A stretch of DNA of 64,000 nt, from NCBI RefSeq assembly GCF_006345805.1, contig NC_043003.1, positions 6,138,001 to 6,202,000 of the forward strand, written 5' to 3'. Source of the DNA: Octopus sinensis. Taxonomy: Eukaryota. The notes below the pieces were generated by a model that made no database searches, had not been told where the DNA came from, and saw only the letters and a program-made list of their open reading frames with translations. Below, piece by piece: positions 36,583-50,321 of this stretch; positions within the stretch are counted from its first letter, which is position 1; every line of letters starts with the position of its first letter. The translations under genes and the position numbers were made by a program.

Positions 36583-36872
36583 CATGCATATATATATATA
36601 TACATATATATATTTGTTCAATATATTTAAAACATTGAATCAGCAAACAATCGTTCTCTTCCCATATTATTTCTAGTTACATGTCATAATGGTGATAATG
36701 ATAATTATTACATAATATAGAAGGAGGAGGAGGTGGAGGTAGAGGAAAAATAGGAGAGGGCAAAGAAAGGGGATGAAAAGAAGGAGGAGTGGGGATAGGT
36801 GAAGGAGGGCGGGAGGGGAAGAGCTGAGGCGGTGGAGAGGAGGAATAGCGGAGGAGAAGAGCAACAAAAGCA

Positions 36873-37245
36873 GGAGGCGCAATGGTCCAATGGTTAGGGT
36901 AGCGGATTCGCGGTCGGAGAATCGCGGTTTCGATTCCCAGACCGGGCGTTGTGTGTGTTTATTGAGTGAAAACACCTAGAGCTCCACGAGGCTCAGGCAG
37001 GGGGTGGTGGCGACCCCTGTTGTACTCTTCCGCTCCAACTTTCTCTCACTCTTTCTTCCTGTTTCTTATCCCCCGACTTCCTACGCAACCGCTGAGCCTT
37101 GATAAGCATTCATCCATCCGTCGATGCTCTCGGTGTCGGGGGTTGACCTGCTTTCTCTTCTGCGGGTCTTACGAATAGCAAAGGGCCACGTTTCGGACTT
37201 CTCCCAATAGGACGAAGAAAGCTTCGCTCAATAAACAAACAAACA
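36873..37245 (+). mobile_element. SINE family C, full length
   Basis: ggaggcgcaatggtccaatggttagggtagcggattcgcggtcggagaatcgcggtttcgattcccagaccggg... Confidence 0.92.
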
Positions 37246-37284
37246 AGCAACAACAGCAAGCCGACGATGAAGGTGATGATAATT

Positions 37285-38351
37285 TCATTTTCTCAAGATA
37301 ACAAGAATAGAGAAAGAGCTGGTTTCTAACCTAGGTCCAAGGCTCCTTCATTGGAATTTCAACTTCAACAACAGGGTATTTTTGTTTGTTTGTATCTATG
37401 TGTGCATATGTGCAGATTTGTACGTTTTATGTATGTCTTCTCATGCATATACTTGTATATCTAGACATGTTCATATATATTTAATTGATGGATCTGTAGT
37501 CATCGAATCAGCTTTCTCCTTTCTGGTTTTGAGATGCTTAATTTCTCAAGATCGGTATTTAGGCAATGTGTTACATATCTCAGTTGCCCAATAATTACGG
37601 GTATAAACCTGAACTCGTAGTCTGGTTAGAGTAACTGCAGATTTCTCAATATTTCAGCACGAGTGTGCTCGTTTTCACTGATCTTCAGCTTTATGTTAAC
37701 ATCCAATGGGCAGCTAATTTCCACAACTGTTCACAGTTTCTCTTCGCTATCCCAAATCATTATATCAAGTCTGTTGTGTTTACATTTTATTGAAGATTTC
37801 ACTGGGTCATTCCTCCAGTACTTTTTTTAATTTGAGTGGCTATGGCTTCTACCATACTGTTGGTTTTATTTCTTTGTCCTCGAGATTATCCTTCCGACGG
37901 ATTTCATTATACGGTGTCCTTGCTACAACATCCTGTCTCATCGGTAGATAATACCGTGACGACATTTTCGGGCAACTGCTTATGATGTGAAAGATATCTT
38001 CAGTCTTAACCCCACAGAGTCTGCATCGGTTGTCACTTTTTACTGCTTTTCGTGCAACCCTGTCCCTTTTGTGCATCGGGATTTTGGTTGATATTTCTTG
38101 TTCCTGAATCGCAAACGCATGCCCTTCAGTGTGGGAGTTAGTAACCCGGCTGTTGATCCACGATAGACTGCTTTGACGATCAATGCTACTATTATCTCTT
38201 AGCTTTCTACTAACATATCCATGAATGGTCTTCTACTCATATACACTCGTCCTTTCATCTGATGATATGCTGTGGTAGAGTCGTGCGACGTCTGGGGGGC
38301 GCATGAAAACGAATGCTGCTCAAGAAGTTGCTTTTCAAGTCTTATGTTATC
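37285..38351 (-). mobile_element. R4/Dong-clade RLE LINE, 5'-truncated
   Basis: HTEGHAFAIQEQEIST...DNRCRLCGVKTEDIFHIISSCPKMSSRYYLPMRQDVVA (zinc knuckle plus RHD-like motif); NRLDIMIWDSEEK (RPD-like motif). Confidence 0.88.
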
Positions 38352-39133
38352 AGCCTCACGTATGTTTGTATGTATGTGTGTATGTATGGATGGGTGTGTG
38401 TGTATGTATGTGTGTGTGTATGTATGTATGTATGTGTGTGTATGTGTGTATGTATGTATGTATGTATGTATGTATGTATGTATGTATGTGTGTATGTATG
38501 TGTGTATGTGTGTATATGTGTATCTATCCAACTCACGTGCGCATTATCTGGATAGCTGCTTGGTAGATTACTTCGGTGATTAAAAGAGACTTAATTGTCG
38601 ATATTCTGTCACGGTGTATCTAGGACTACATCCTCTCTAACTGCCATTTTCACTGGGGTCTTGTGACCGCTAAATCGTATGAAATACTCAAGTGGCACAG
38701 TGGCAAAAACTGAAATCCTAACTGAATCTTTACGTTAATTGCCAACAAACCAAAAACAAAAAAAAAAAGATTTGTAAAGCCTTCTTGCTTTCTCTTTTAG
38801 TCTCTTATTACAACACACCCATACACATATACAGACTCGCACTTATACAAGCACACATACCCGTACACACACACACGCAAAGCACATGCACTCGCACAAA
38901 ATATGCACAGACATACGCGCATTCGCAACACCCTTTACGCGTACACGTATAACAAATATATTATACAATACATGATAGACGTACGCGTAGATGTATACAG
39001 ATGTATATATCTGTGTGTGTTTGTGTGAGTGTGTGTGAGGGGGGAGGCGAGGGAGATAATCTTCTGATTTTCTCTCACCATAAATATACAATATATATAT
39101 ATGTATGTGTAACTATATACACATATATGCATT

Positions 39134-39201
<68 letters not shown>

Positions 39202-39975
39202 TATACATAGGTGTGTGTGCATATGTGTATGAATGTATGTATGTATATGTATGTATGCATGAATGCATATATGTATGTATGCGTATATATGTATGTATGA
39301 GTGTTTCATAATGCACTAAGTATTACTGATTTCAGTAATTGCCCCAACCTATTTCAATCTGTTTAATATCCATAATAAACACAATAAGGGGGGGCCATAT
39401 TATACCACATTATCATATCCTGTCCGTTACCATGGTTTTAAATAGCTCGCAGACATTTACCTATAAAAGCACACTCTTCCTTGTTCCGAATTCTCAGAAC
39501 ACACAGATATTGCGTGTCAAGAGCTTGGCAATTCCATTCCGAACTATTTGTAGCAATAAAAGAAGACAGGAGATATCCCACCTTTCTTCTAATTAACTAT
39601 ACAGGTATTTAATATTAAACCTTTCAACTGATATATTATCTCCTATTATGGCGTGTTTTCTTGCAGTCTTTTAATATGTCGTCAAGTTAACATTAAAACG
39701 ATTATGAACGATTGAGAGAGTCTCGCGCCGTTCATACGAGGTGTAATTAATTTGATGTTTCACGTAACCTGGCCGATGTTGAGCTGCTTTAATAGCCTCG
39801 GCTCTGGACTGCAGATGAAGACAGCACAGGATTGATTTCCATATTTTTCGCTTTATTCATTGTTATGACTTCACGCGAATTCATCACACATGAAATAGAT
39901 TTAACCATTCCTACCACTCGCTTTTCTCTCACTCTCCCTTCCCTCTCTTTCTCCTCCTCTCTCTCTCATATATAC

Positions 39976-40042
<67 letters not shown>

Positions 40043-40123
40043 ATATGTATGTATATATCCGAATTTCTGAGTACCTCATTTCTTCTAATATAAAATACCT
40101 GTACATCATCTCAAAACCTTCTA

Positions 40124-40201
<78 letters not shown>

Positions 40202-40559
40202 ATGCGTATGTATAGGCACTTATGTATATTATATGTGTGTGTGAATAAAGATAGTCTTAAAATAAGCTATATTAAAAAATATTGTGAAGAAAGCAAACCT
40301 TATGGAAGGAACTATTTTTGTGAGTGCATTTCGCTATCTTCAGCTTTTTAAAGATGGGTGTGACGAGGTTGTCCGTGTGGTACAGCTTACCTTATAACAT
40401 ATGGATAGCTTTATGTTCAAGACAGCGAAGAGAGCTCACACAAAAACATCCTTCCATCAGGTCTGCGTTAATCTGCTGCTTTTTCGGGTTTTTTTTTCTT
40501 TTTCAAAGATTTCATTAGGTAGATCGTGGCATGATAAGTCATAAGGTGCGAGACCTTGG

Positions 40560-41655
40560 CGTTGCTGGTAAACTGGGAGAGAGGCTGCATCACTTCCTTA
40601 AAGACAGAAGTCAGGCAGTTGCAGCCAATGGTACCCTTTCTGAGGAAACTCATCCTTAGTGGCGTCCCTCAGGGAACTGTTCTGGGGCCATTACTGTTCA
40701 TAATTGTTGTTTGTTCCTTCTCGAGCCATGCCTGGCTCATAAGAGCCGGTTTCCCAGTTTCCTTGGCGTATAGGTTTCCCACCTGGACGGGACCCCGGTC
40801 CGTCGCAGGTGAGCTGCTAGATGCAGGAGGAAAGAGTGAGAGAAAGTTGTGGCGAAAGAGTCAGCAGAAGTTCGCCATTACCTTCTGCCGGGGCTGCGTG
40901 AACTTAGGTGTTTCGCTCTTAAACACACACATCGCCCGGTCTGAGATTCGAACCCACGATCCCTCGACCGCGAGTCCGCTGTTCTAACCACTAGGCCATG
41001 TGTCTCCACACTGTTCATAATAACCCTCGTTGACATGCTCACTATCACTCGGACAGCCATTGCCATTAGCTATGGTGATGATACAAAATTATCACAGGCA
41101 ATAAAAAAATCAAGATGACGATGCAAGCTTACAGTGGGACCTGAATGCAATATACAAGTGGGCCGAAATAAACAAAATGCAGTTTAATGCTGGGAAATTT
41201 CAAGCACTGCACCATCAACTCACGAATGCACTGCAGCCTGCATATACAGGAGCCGAATGCACTGCAATCTCAAAGTCACAGGCAGTATGTGCAATGCTGC
41301 ATCATTTCATTTGCACATCACCACGATGGCAGCAAAGTACATACAACTGGCAGGATGGACATTAAGGTCTTTCAAGACATGAGACCTAGAAACTATGATG
41401 ACCCTATGGAAAACCTTTGTTCTCAGCCGCCGAGACTACTGCTCCCGATTATGGTCACCGCATCAAAAAGGGAACTAGATGTCCTCCTCTCCACAACACC
41501 GGATGAACCAACGACCAGAGCAACGGAATCACATTCTCTTATACACCAAATGGGCCAACAGTTGCGATAAAAGCATATACAAGATGGGTGATGTGAAACA
41601 ACCCATACTGAAGAAATCAGCAAAACCACGGTGGTGCTCCAGCATGACCACAACC
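40560..41655 (+). mobile_element. CR1/L2-like LINE RT fragment with internal deletions, interrupted by a SINE
   Basis: HFLKDRSQAVAANG...SGVPQGTVLGPLLFII | ...SYGDDTKL...LQWDLNAIYKWAEINKMQFNAGKFQ...LSTTPDEPT; tail ggtggtgctccagcatgaccaca. Confidence 0.88.
40705..41009 (-). mobile_element. tRNA-headed SINE: family-C-like head/core with a V-domain-like segment and its own tail, 12 bp TSD
   Basis: TSD actgttcataat at 40693-40704 and 41010-41021; cctgcgacggaccggggtcccgtccaggtg resembles the V-SINE domain as recalled. Confidence 0.88.
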
Positions 41656-41689
41656 ATATATATATATATATATATATATACTATATTTA

Positions 41690-42020
41690 AGGGGAAAAAC
41701 CCTCCGGCCTCGAACGTCAATGTGATTGCGCCTAGAAATTTACCATCGAGGCACAAGTCTGGGCAAGATTCTTTGTGGAAGGCCAGCAGTTACAGGTGCA
41801 TACAAGTGTGCCCTCTCCACCCCACCAATGTTATCCAAGGGAAAGTCAAAGGGGCCGATAAAGCTTGGCACCTGTGACGTCGCAACTCATTTCTACAGCT
41901 GAGTGAACTGGATCAAAGTGAAATAAAGTGTCTTGCTCAAGAACACAGCGCCCGATCCGTGAATCGAACTCAAAATGTGACGATAGTAAGCCCGACGCTC
42001 TAATCACTGAACAATACGTG
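41690..42020 (-). mobile_element. SINE family D
   Basis: Reverse complement colinear with 7228-7545. Confidence 0.8.
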
Positions 42021-42201
42021 AGCACGTACGCGCGAGCGCGTACATAAATGTGAATTTGTCTGTTAACTACATCCCAAAGATGGAGCCTTGTAGTTTTGTT
42101 GCAAACCGGTTCCCTCCGCTGTGGAGGATCTATAATAATAAAAAAAAGTAGAATAGACACACATACATACGTATGTATTTATGTATATACATGTACACAA
42201 A

Positions 42202-42500
42202 CAGGAGTGGCTGTGTGGTAAGTAGCTTGCTAACCAACGACATGGTTATATATATATAAGTGTGTGTGTATATGTTTGTGTGTCTGTGTTTGTCCCCCTA
42301 GCACTGATTGACAACCGATGCTGGTGTGTTTACGTCCCCGTCACTTAGCGGTTCGGCAAAAGAGACCGATAGAATAAGTACTGGGCTTACAAAGAATAAG
42401 TCCCGGGGTCGATTTGCTCGACTAAAGGCGGTGCTCCAGCATGGCTGCAGTCAAATGACTGAAACAAGTAAAAGAGTAAAAGAGTAAAAGAGAAAGAGAG
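42202..42500 (+). mobile_element. SINE family A with an internal deletion
   Basis: Head start plus a complete 3' half matching 19533-19952. Confidence 0.9.
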
Positions 42501-42554
42501 TAAACACATACATCCATTCATCCATACATACATGCATGCGTGTGTATGTGTGTA

Positions 42555-43022
42555 TACGAGGGGGTACCCAAAAGAAACCGGAATTTTACAATATTATTTC
42601 ATTCACTTAATTTTATATGTTTATACTTTTCTTGCTTTCAAAGTATTATCTCCATTTGAAGCAATGCATCGGTCCAGACGCGTTTTCCACTATTCGAAGC
42701 GGTGCTGAAATTCTTGCGAAGTGATGCCTCCGAACGCCTCCAAGTTTTTTTTTTTTTTTTTTTTTGTCCTTTCTACACCTCTTCCACCTCTGCAAATTCC
42801 GTAGCACCAGCTTTCATCACCAATGATGACCTTCGAAAAAAGGGCCAGATCAACTTCCAACTGTTCTTTCAGTTCAAGACACGCATTCAGTCGTGACTGC
42901 TTTTAATCTTCCGTGACCAAGCGAGGCACAGATTTTGCTGCAACTCGTTCCATTCGCAAATCTTCGCTCCAAATTCATTGTCAGGAACTCCAAGACACAC
43001 CAATCATAGCAACAAGTTCGTC
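42555..43022 (-). mobile_element. Mariner fragment with the catalytic core deleted and the right TIR kept
   Basis: RVAAKSVPRLVTED...FSKVIIGDESWCYG joined to WKTRLDRCIASNG; TIR ta-cgagggggtacccaaaagaaaccggaa. Confidence 0.85.
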
Positions 43023-43270
43023 AATTGGTAAGAGGATAGAGGCTGAATATATTTCCTGGTTCTAAAGAGAACGTCCGACTTTGAGATGTTAAGGATGAGT
43101 TTCGTCAATGGAGACTATTCTTCAAACAGAAATCTAGCATCAAAGCCCTACTTCTCATTGGCAACTCCAAACATCCCCTTGTACACCCGCACTAATCTCT
43201 CATCTCACGTCATCTGCTGATGATGATATTGGCTACTTCGACCAATCACAGTGACTATTACATTTGCTGT

Positions 43271-43649
43271 TGCTGTTGTTGTTGCTGTTGAGCGAAGCGG
43301 TCTTCGTCCTAGTGGGAGAAGTCCGAAACGTGGTCCTTTTGCTATTCCTAAGACCCGCAGAAGAGAAAGCAGGTCAACCCCCGACACCGAGAGTATCGAC
43401 GGATGGATGAATGCGCATCCAGTCTCAGCGGTTGCGTAGGAAGTCAGAGACAAGAAACAGGAAGAAAGAGAGAGAGCAAGTTGGAGCGGAAGAGTACAAC
43501 TGGGGTCGCCACCAACCCCTGCCGGAGCTTCGTGGAGCTTTTGGGTGTTTTCGCTCAATAAACACACACAACGCCCGGTCTGGGAATCGAAACTGCAATC
43601 CTCCGACCGCGAGTCCGCTGCCCTAACCATTGGGCCTTTGCACCTCCAC
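43271..43649 (-). mobile_element. SINE family C, full length, 13 bp TSD
   Basis: TSD ttacatttgctgt at 43258-43270 and 43650-43662. Confidence 0.93.
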
Positions 43650-44489
43650 TTACATTTGCTGTGTTCTAATACCAACGACTTCTTCTCCCTAACAGACTAG
43701 TCTTGCCTACAACAACTGCGGCCCTTTTGATGATTTTCTCTTAACTGAAAAAAGGATTTATCCTGGAATATTACAAGATTACTAAATAACCTTCTCAAAG
43801 TAATACAGTATTTATTTTTCACTTTGATCCACCAGCGCTGTGTTTTGAGGAATTCCTTACTCATTTTGTTCAAATGTTTTACATATCTTTCAAATAAAGC
43901 AACGTTTCAAGCAGATTACGATACACTCTTATATCAGAAAGTTTGTTAATGTAACAATCTATAATATTATTCAGTAAGTCACAATTTGTATTCAAATGGT
44001 GCGCTCTAAACAACCGTAACTATGGAACGGACTGCAAAACAAAATCAAAGTATTTAACGTAATGAAACAATGAAATGAAAATCTATAAATTTATAAACGA
44101 AAACAAAAATTCAGAACATTTATATAACGTGAAAGTTTTTAAGGTCCCACTAAATTATTTATAATCACCCATGCTATATATAAGTGTTGTTATTATGTGT
44201 ATATCATGAAAACATAAGTAGTAATAGCTTTTATTTTTGTTGTTGTTATCATTATTATTATTTTGTAAATTAGAAAAATGTTCATCTGGGGAAATTTCTC
44301 TAACAGACAAGCGTACTGTTGTGTCGAGAATTTCCATCTCATATTTTCACAGAAACAGCAATAAGTCCTGAATTATTGGAAATTTCACTTTACACTTTGA
44401 AGCCAGCTAAGTGTATTATGCCCGCAGTTTGTATTTAAATACTTCTTTTGGAAAAATAACTTCATACATACCTACACATGCATCCACAC

Positions 44490-44561
<72 letters not shown>

Positions 44562-45249
44562 AGGTGTGTAATTCTCACTCACTATATGTATGTATATACG
44601 TGTATATGCATAAGTGTGTATGAATGTATGTATGCATGTATATATATCTATGCATGTGTGTGTTTAAAGAAGATGATAAAATTATGTAAAATACCGGATT
44701 CTTTGTGTTTCCATCTTTAAAAAGCAGCAAATCATCGAAAATAGGTTTTCATTTCAAGATCTGCACGTATCTAGCAAAATATATTTGTGTGGACTCGCGT
44801 CGGTAGGCGTGTGCGCTTCTTACGTATAACGACGACGACGACGCCGCCATTCAAACAGAATACAGTTCTCGAGTACTTCAACACATACATATGAATATAT
44901 GTTTACATGCGTGTATATATATATATATATATGCACACATATATATGCATATATGTTAGTGTGTGTATGTACAATACACACAGGTGTATCGTGGGCAGAG
45001 TTTGCGCAAATGCATATATGTAAGCGTTTAAGTTTGTATGCAATTTTATGTACACTCACAACAAAAAGGCATATATGAGAACACACACACACAAACACAT
45101 ATTTATTATTCATATACAATTATATTATGTTAACAAATATATAGGTGCGATTAAATACGTATACACACAGACACAGACGCACACACGTGTGTGCGTATGA
45201 GTACATGTATGTCAGTGTGTGTGTGTGAGTACATACATATATATATATA

Positions 45250-45410
45250 TATAGGGAGAGCTTACGAAAAAAACAAAAGACGAAGACAGGTGGTGTACAA
45301 AACAAACAGATGTATTAGTATAACGCTCAGGAATAGAAAAAGCCTTTTACGTTTCGAGCCTACGCTCTTCTATAGAAAGGGTCACAGAAAAAACAAGGAG
45401 AGAAAAAATA
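45250..45410 (-). mobile_element. Penelope-like terminal repeat P1 with hammerhead-like fold at 45343-45380
   Basis: ccttt-ctataga-agagcgtaggctc-gaaac-gta-aaagg; 3' end at (TA)n. Confidence 0.6.
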
Positions 45411-46438
45411 TACATATATATATATATGCCCATGCTGAAACACCGAAAACAACGAAAATATATAAATGTGCATTATACATAATTATTTAAAAGCTCTGAA
45501 TTTCCATTACTCCGAGTTTCGCGTTTCTGCTCTTTCAGTTCGTAATCCTAACTTGTTTTCCTCTTGAATCATTTGTTGTCGTTTGAATGTATTTTGAATT
45601 AATATATGTAAATTATGAAGGAAACGCTTCCCTTCGAGTTTTTAAATTATACATGCGAGATATACGTGTAAAAATAGTTATTTCAAGTTCATATTTTAAA
45701 ATTTCATTTCTTGTACCGTTGAGAAATGCCTTAAGCTTCCTGCGAGAGAGGTCGCTTTAAAAAAATGTCCGTCTGAAACTGCGTTGTTGTAGAAGTAGTA
45801 TTATAAAAACAACTGTTTTAAAGTCTTCAAAGCCAACATTTTGACCTACTCCCTGATCCAGATCGAAATTCAAGTAAGCTGTAACTAATAAAAATTATAC
45901 TTAATCCCGTGCCTACACGGCGCTACTAACTCGGATCTTTTGTTCAACGCGTTGCTGCCTTGAAATAAAATTCTTAATTTTTCACTTAAGCAAAAGTCAC
46001 GCCACATCTTGTATTTGGAGCTCCGCTCCTCTATGGTTGAGACTTACCTATAACTGACCAGGTAATTTTGAATACGGGAGAATTTTGTTTCACGGAAAAA
46101 CCATGTAAATTTCAACAAAACCGTATATTTTATCAGGGCTGGTAGGTGAATGTCTGTGTTTATAATATTGATTTTTATTTTAATGTGGATTCATTTGCCC
46201 CAAAATATATTTGAGAGTTATCGTTGTTGTTTATTCTTGCTTGCACTGTAGATTATCTGCTTCACCAAACGGTCGCCATCATGTGATCAATTCTCATAAA
46301 TTCTGAAATTTTATATTTGTTGTTCGACAACTGTTAAGTCTTTTTCATTTATAAAAGTTACAAAAGTGACGAAGACCCAAGAATTTAGCGCAAGACATCT
46401 TGTTCCACCATACTTTTTACATATGTGTGTTTGCGCGC

Positions 46439-46469
<31 letters not shown>

Positions 46470-46491
46470 ATATATAATATATATATATATG

Positions 46492-46604
<113 letters not shown>

Positions 46605-46609
46605 CTTAT

Positions 46610-46790
46610 ATATAAAATGGGACAAGAACGCAAACTACACAAAGAGACGACACAAAAAAAAAGACAGGTCATTCGAAGCCTCTAATCTTCAGTCAGGAAC
46701 CGGATCATCTTAGCAATTTCGGCTGATTAATCCTGATATCGCTCCGATCCGGCCAGCCACAAGGAAAAACTAAGCTGCGAGCATTAGATT
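46610..46790 (-). mobile_element. Probable Penelope-like terminal repeat (another family) at (TA)n
   Basis: Degenerate ctgaaga...cgaatgac motif; same architecture as P1/P2. Confidence 0.4.
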
Positions 46791-46799
46791 TCTTGGAAA

Positions 46800-47125
46800 A
46801 AGGATCGAATGTATACGAAACAAAAACAGAAAACCGGACGATGTTGCACGAATATAAATACAAGAAACAAAAAATAAAAATAAAAAACAAGAATAGTAAT
46901 AACAGGACAGCGGGAGTCTTACGACTTCAGACAAAGAAAACACAAAAAAACACAAAAACGCGAGGACGTGGAACAAATATAGTATTATTGGACGCTCAGG
47001 AAAGAAGGGAAGAAGGAGGGTTTAACGTTTCGAGCGGAGCTCTTCGTCGGAAACATAGGAGAAGGAAAGATCCCGAGAAGGGAAGACAGAGGAAGTAAAT
47101 CGCCAACGGTACTCACGAGGTCGCT
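46800..47125 (-). mobile_element. Penelope-like terminal repeat P2 with hammerhead-like fold at 47020-47054
   Basis: gttt-ccgacga-agagctccgctc-gaaac-gtt-aaac; partial copies at 9488 and 33012. Confidence 0.62.
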
Positions 47126-47277
47126 ATATATATAAATCTAGACAGACAGACAGGCTGATTGATTGAGTGGCTCACTCATTTACTCACTCGCTCACTGATT
47201 GATCCATAGATAGAGACAGCGATTGACGGGTTTCTTATATATACAGGATTTTCCTCTCTGAGTCCACAGAAAGAAAT

Positions 47278-47326
47278 CTGTTTGACTAGTTTCAGAGTTT
47301 CACAGAGCTTCATCAGAGATCAACAG
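47278..47326 (-). ncRNA. Candidate minimal hammerhead ribozyme with a canonical core
   Basis: ctgtt-gatct-CTGATGA-agctctgtgaaactct-GAAAC-ta-GTC-a-aacag; palindromic stem III ACTAGT; weak stem II. Confidence 0.45.
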
Positions 47327-47759
47327 CTCGTTTTCGTTATTTTACAATATTTCGTTTTGAAGTTTCACATTTTGAGTTCAGTTCTCACCGTGATCTACTT
47401 TAACAGCCATTTGCTTCAGGTCCGACAACATGAAGTAGTAATGTACCAGTGAAGTACTGAATTCGATCCAATCGATTACACCCTTGCTGATACGATCCTG
47501 TCCATATGCTAGTTAGTATTATTATTGTCTAAGACAATAATGATCAGATTAATAAACAAAGTCTTGAGCAAAAATATAATTGTTATTTAGTTCCAAACTT
47601 CTAAAATAATTGGAGGAAATTAAGAATTCTACTTTAATTGGCTTTGTTAATGAATAATCAATTATTGTTTCTATTTGTTTGTTTTTGTTTTCATAATTAT
47701 CGGAAATGATATCCTCTCTATCCATGTCCATTGATATACACACACACACACATATATAT

Positions 47760-47824
<65 letters not shown>

Positions 47825-47875
47825 CATACATACACAAATCTATATACAATACGCACACATGCACACACAGGTACG

Positions 47876-47913
<38 letters not shown>

Positions 47914-47959
47914 GTCTGTCTGTGTCTGTGTAGAGTGGATGTTGCATGTAGGGTCAGAC

Positions 47960-48121
47960 ACGGCTGTGTAGTTGAGAAGTTAACTTCACAACAGTGAGCT
48001 TTCGGGTTCAGTCCCACTGCACGGTACCTTGGGCAAGTGACTTTTACAAAACACCGGGTCAATACATTGTTAGGGATATTGGTAGGTGGAAACTGTGCGG
48101 AAGTCTTTGTGTGTGTGTGTT

Positions 48122-48199
<78 letters not shown>

Positions 48200-48270
48200 A
48201 CACCACCTATTTATCGATATTGATTTGCTTGTGCCCCTTACCTGGCGATTCAGTACAAAGACCTGAAGTC
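47960..48270 (+). mobile_element. SINE family A, degenerate
   Basis: cgggttcagtcccactgcacggtaccttgggcaagtg...ggtaggtggaaactg. Confidence 0.7.
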
Positions 48271-48553
48271 CTCAGATCAATTTTATAAACTACACCCTTC
48301 AATGAGATGCTCCAGATTAAGCCCCCGATAAGCTATGGTGTGTTTACCGTGGCATGCGAACACTGGTACCTGTGGATTACTCAAACAAAAGGACACAGAA
48401 AACGGTTTTATCAAGTGTTGTGGAAAGCTAAAACCACAAGGTAATTCATTCTCTCCTGATGTAACTACAGACATCTCGACCTTGTTTTACCTCTGGAACA
48501 GACAAGCCCAGACGACAGACTTCTAGTTTGTAAGTAACAGATTATCATTAAAT

Positions 48554-48775
48554 GGTGGTGAGCTGGCAGAGTCGTTAGCACGAAGGGTGTAAATGCATAG
48601 CGGCATTTCGTCTGTCTCTACGTTCTCAGTTCAAATCCACCAAAATCGACTTTGCCTTTTATGCCTTTCGGAGTTGATAAAATAGCTGTCGGTTGAGCAC
48701 TGGGGTCGATGTAATCGATATTCCCCCTCCCCCAAAGTTGCTCTCTATGTATCAAAAATTGAAATCATTATTATC
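48554..48775 (+). mobile_element. SINE family B-related monomer
   Basis: ggtggtgagctggcagagtcgttagcac...gactttgccttttatgcctttcgg...ctggggtcgatgtaatcga. Confidence 0.8.
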
Positions 48776-49254
48776 AAATGATAAAACCGAACGAAACATC
48801 AAAACAGACCGTTCTAAACTCGAGGCCAGTCTTCTTCACACCGACATCTTTTCCATTTAAATAATCTACTTTTAGCCAATGTCATAAACTTTTATTCCAA
48901 AATGTTTAATCCTTCGTGAATAAAATACAGATTTAGCAGTTTGATTAGCATTTTAATACGACAAATATTATACATTTCAACGGTAATGAGAACCTCGTCC
49001 ACGAGAGATTACGAGACTTGGCTGCAGTCAGTAGGAAACACAGTTTAGCCAATGGGGTTGTTTGAAAAGATGATGAAAATGGCGGCAGGCAAAGAAGAGG
49101 GCTGTTAGATTGTATATTTAAATTGCTATTAAATCTTAAACAAAAATAGTCTCTACTACAAATATATCTGTAATGACCACACATGAAATTATTCATGAAA
49201 TTTCTACTTCGAGTATTAGTAATATATTTAATTTAGGAATATTAGGAGATAACT

Positions 49255-49342
49255 AAAATATATATACATATTAATATATATATATCATATATATATATAG
49301 TATATATATATCATATATGTATATGTATATATATATCATATA

Positions 49343-49394
<52 letters not shown>

Positions 49395-49404
49395 TATATA
49401 TATC

Positions 49405-49443
<39 letters not shown>

Positions 49444-49469
49444 ACTTATATGTATATATATCTTCATAA

Positions 49470-49506
<37 letters not shown>

Positions 49507-49658
49507 TATATATATACATTATATATATATGTATATGTAATATATATACATATATATGTATATGTATATATATAAATGTATATATATATATATGTGTGTA
49601 TATAATATGTTTATATGTGTGTGGTATGTATATAATATATATATATATGTATATGTAT

Positions 49659-49690
<32 letters not shown>

Positions 49691-49705
49691 GTATATATAT
49701 ATGTA

Positions 49706-49758
<53 letters not shown>

Positions 49759-49774
49759 CTTGTATACATACATA

Positions 49775-49847
<73 letters not shown>

Positions 49848-49848
49848 C
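49255..49848. repeat. (TA)n-rich low-complexity block
   Basis: Direct reading. Confidence 0.96.
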
Positions 49849-50056
49849 CTGTTCAGTTTCCATAAAGAATTGCTAGATCTCTCCAAGATGTGTTATGTGT
49901 TATTTGTGTATTCAGAGAGGACATTTTCTCCTGCGGCTATCAGAGGTTTGTCATAGCTACAGACAAACACAAGCTGTACAAAGCAAAGCAAACCAAATCG
50001 CTATCATGATTAATTACACACACACACGAGTATATATGCACGCGCGTGTGTGTGAA

Positions 50057-50315
50057 GGCGCGTGGCCTAATGGTTAGAATGTTGCACTCACGGGCTAGAG
50101 ATCGCGGGTTCGATCACTTCATTTCATGTTGCCCCACTCCACTCAGGTGTAAAAGATTAACCCTGCAACAGACTGACGTTCCGATCAGGAGGAATGTTGG
50201 CCTGCTCACCTGGCCAGCAGGGGGGAGGCTCATTCAAAATGCTAAAATGGTGCTAAAATGGTACAAAGTGCATTGTGAACAGCGATGTATAACATCCGAT
50301 AGTCTAGGCCATCAC
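50057..50315 (+). mobile_element. tRNA-headed SINE family E
   Basis: ggcgcgtggcctaatggttag...gcgggttcgatc head; tail matches 690-804 and 1006-1120. Confidence 0.75.
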
Positions 50316-50321
50316 AAACTT

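Noticed and set aside
38352-38520. Idea that the second R4/Dong family targets (CATA)n
   Set aside because: The CATA-like run at its apparent 3' end is internal to the 3' UTR, since a further shared module follows in both copies. Only one 5' junction touches (CATA)n.
45991-46061. Possible plus-strand exon (cacttaag| ... cag|gtaatt) and overlapping minus-strand donor ag|gtaagt at 46048
   Set aside because: All three plus frames are closed, there is no recognisable product, and such signals are expected by chance in 64 kb.
48300-48450. Possible exon with two open frames ending at caag|gtaatt
   Set aside because: No convincing acceptor and no recognisable peptide.
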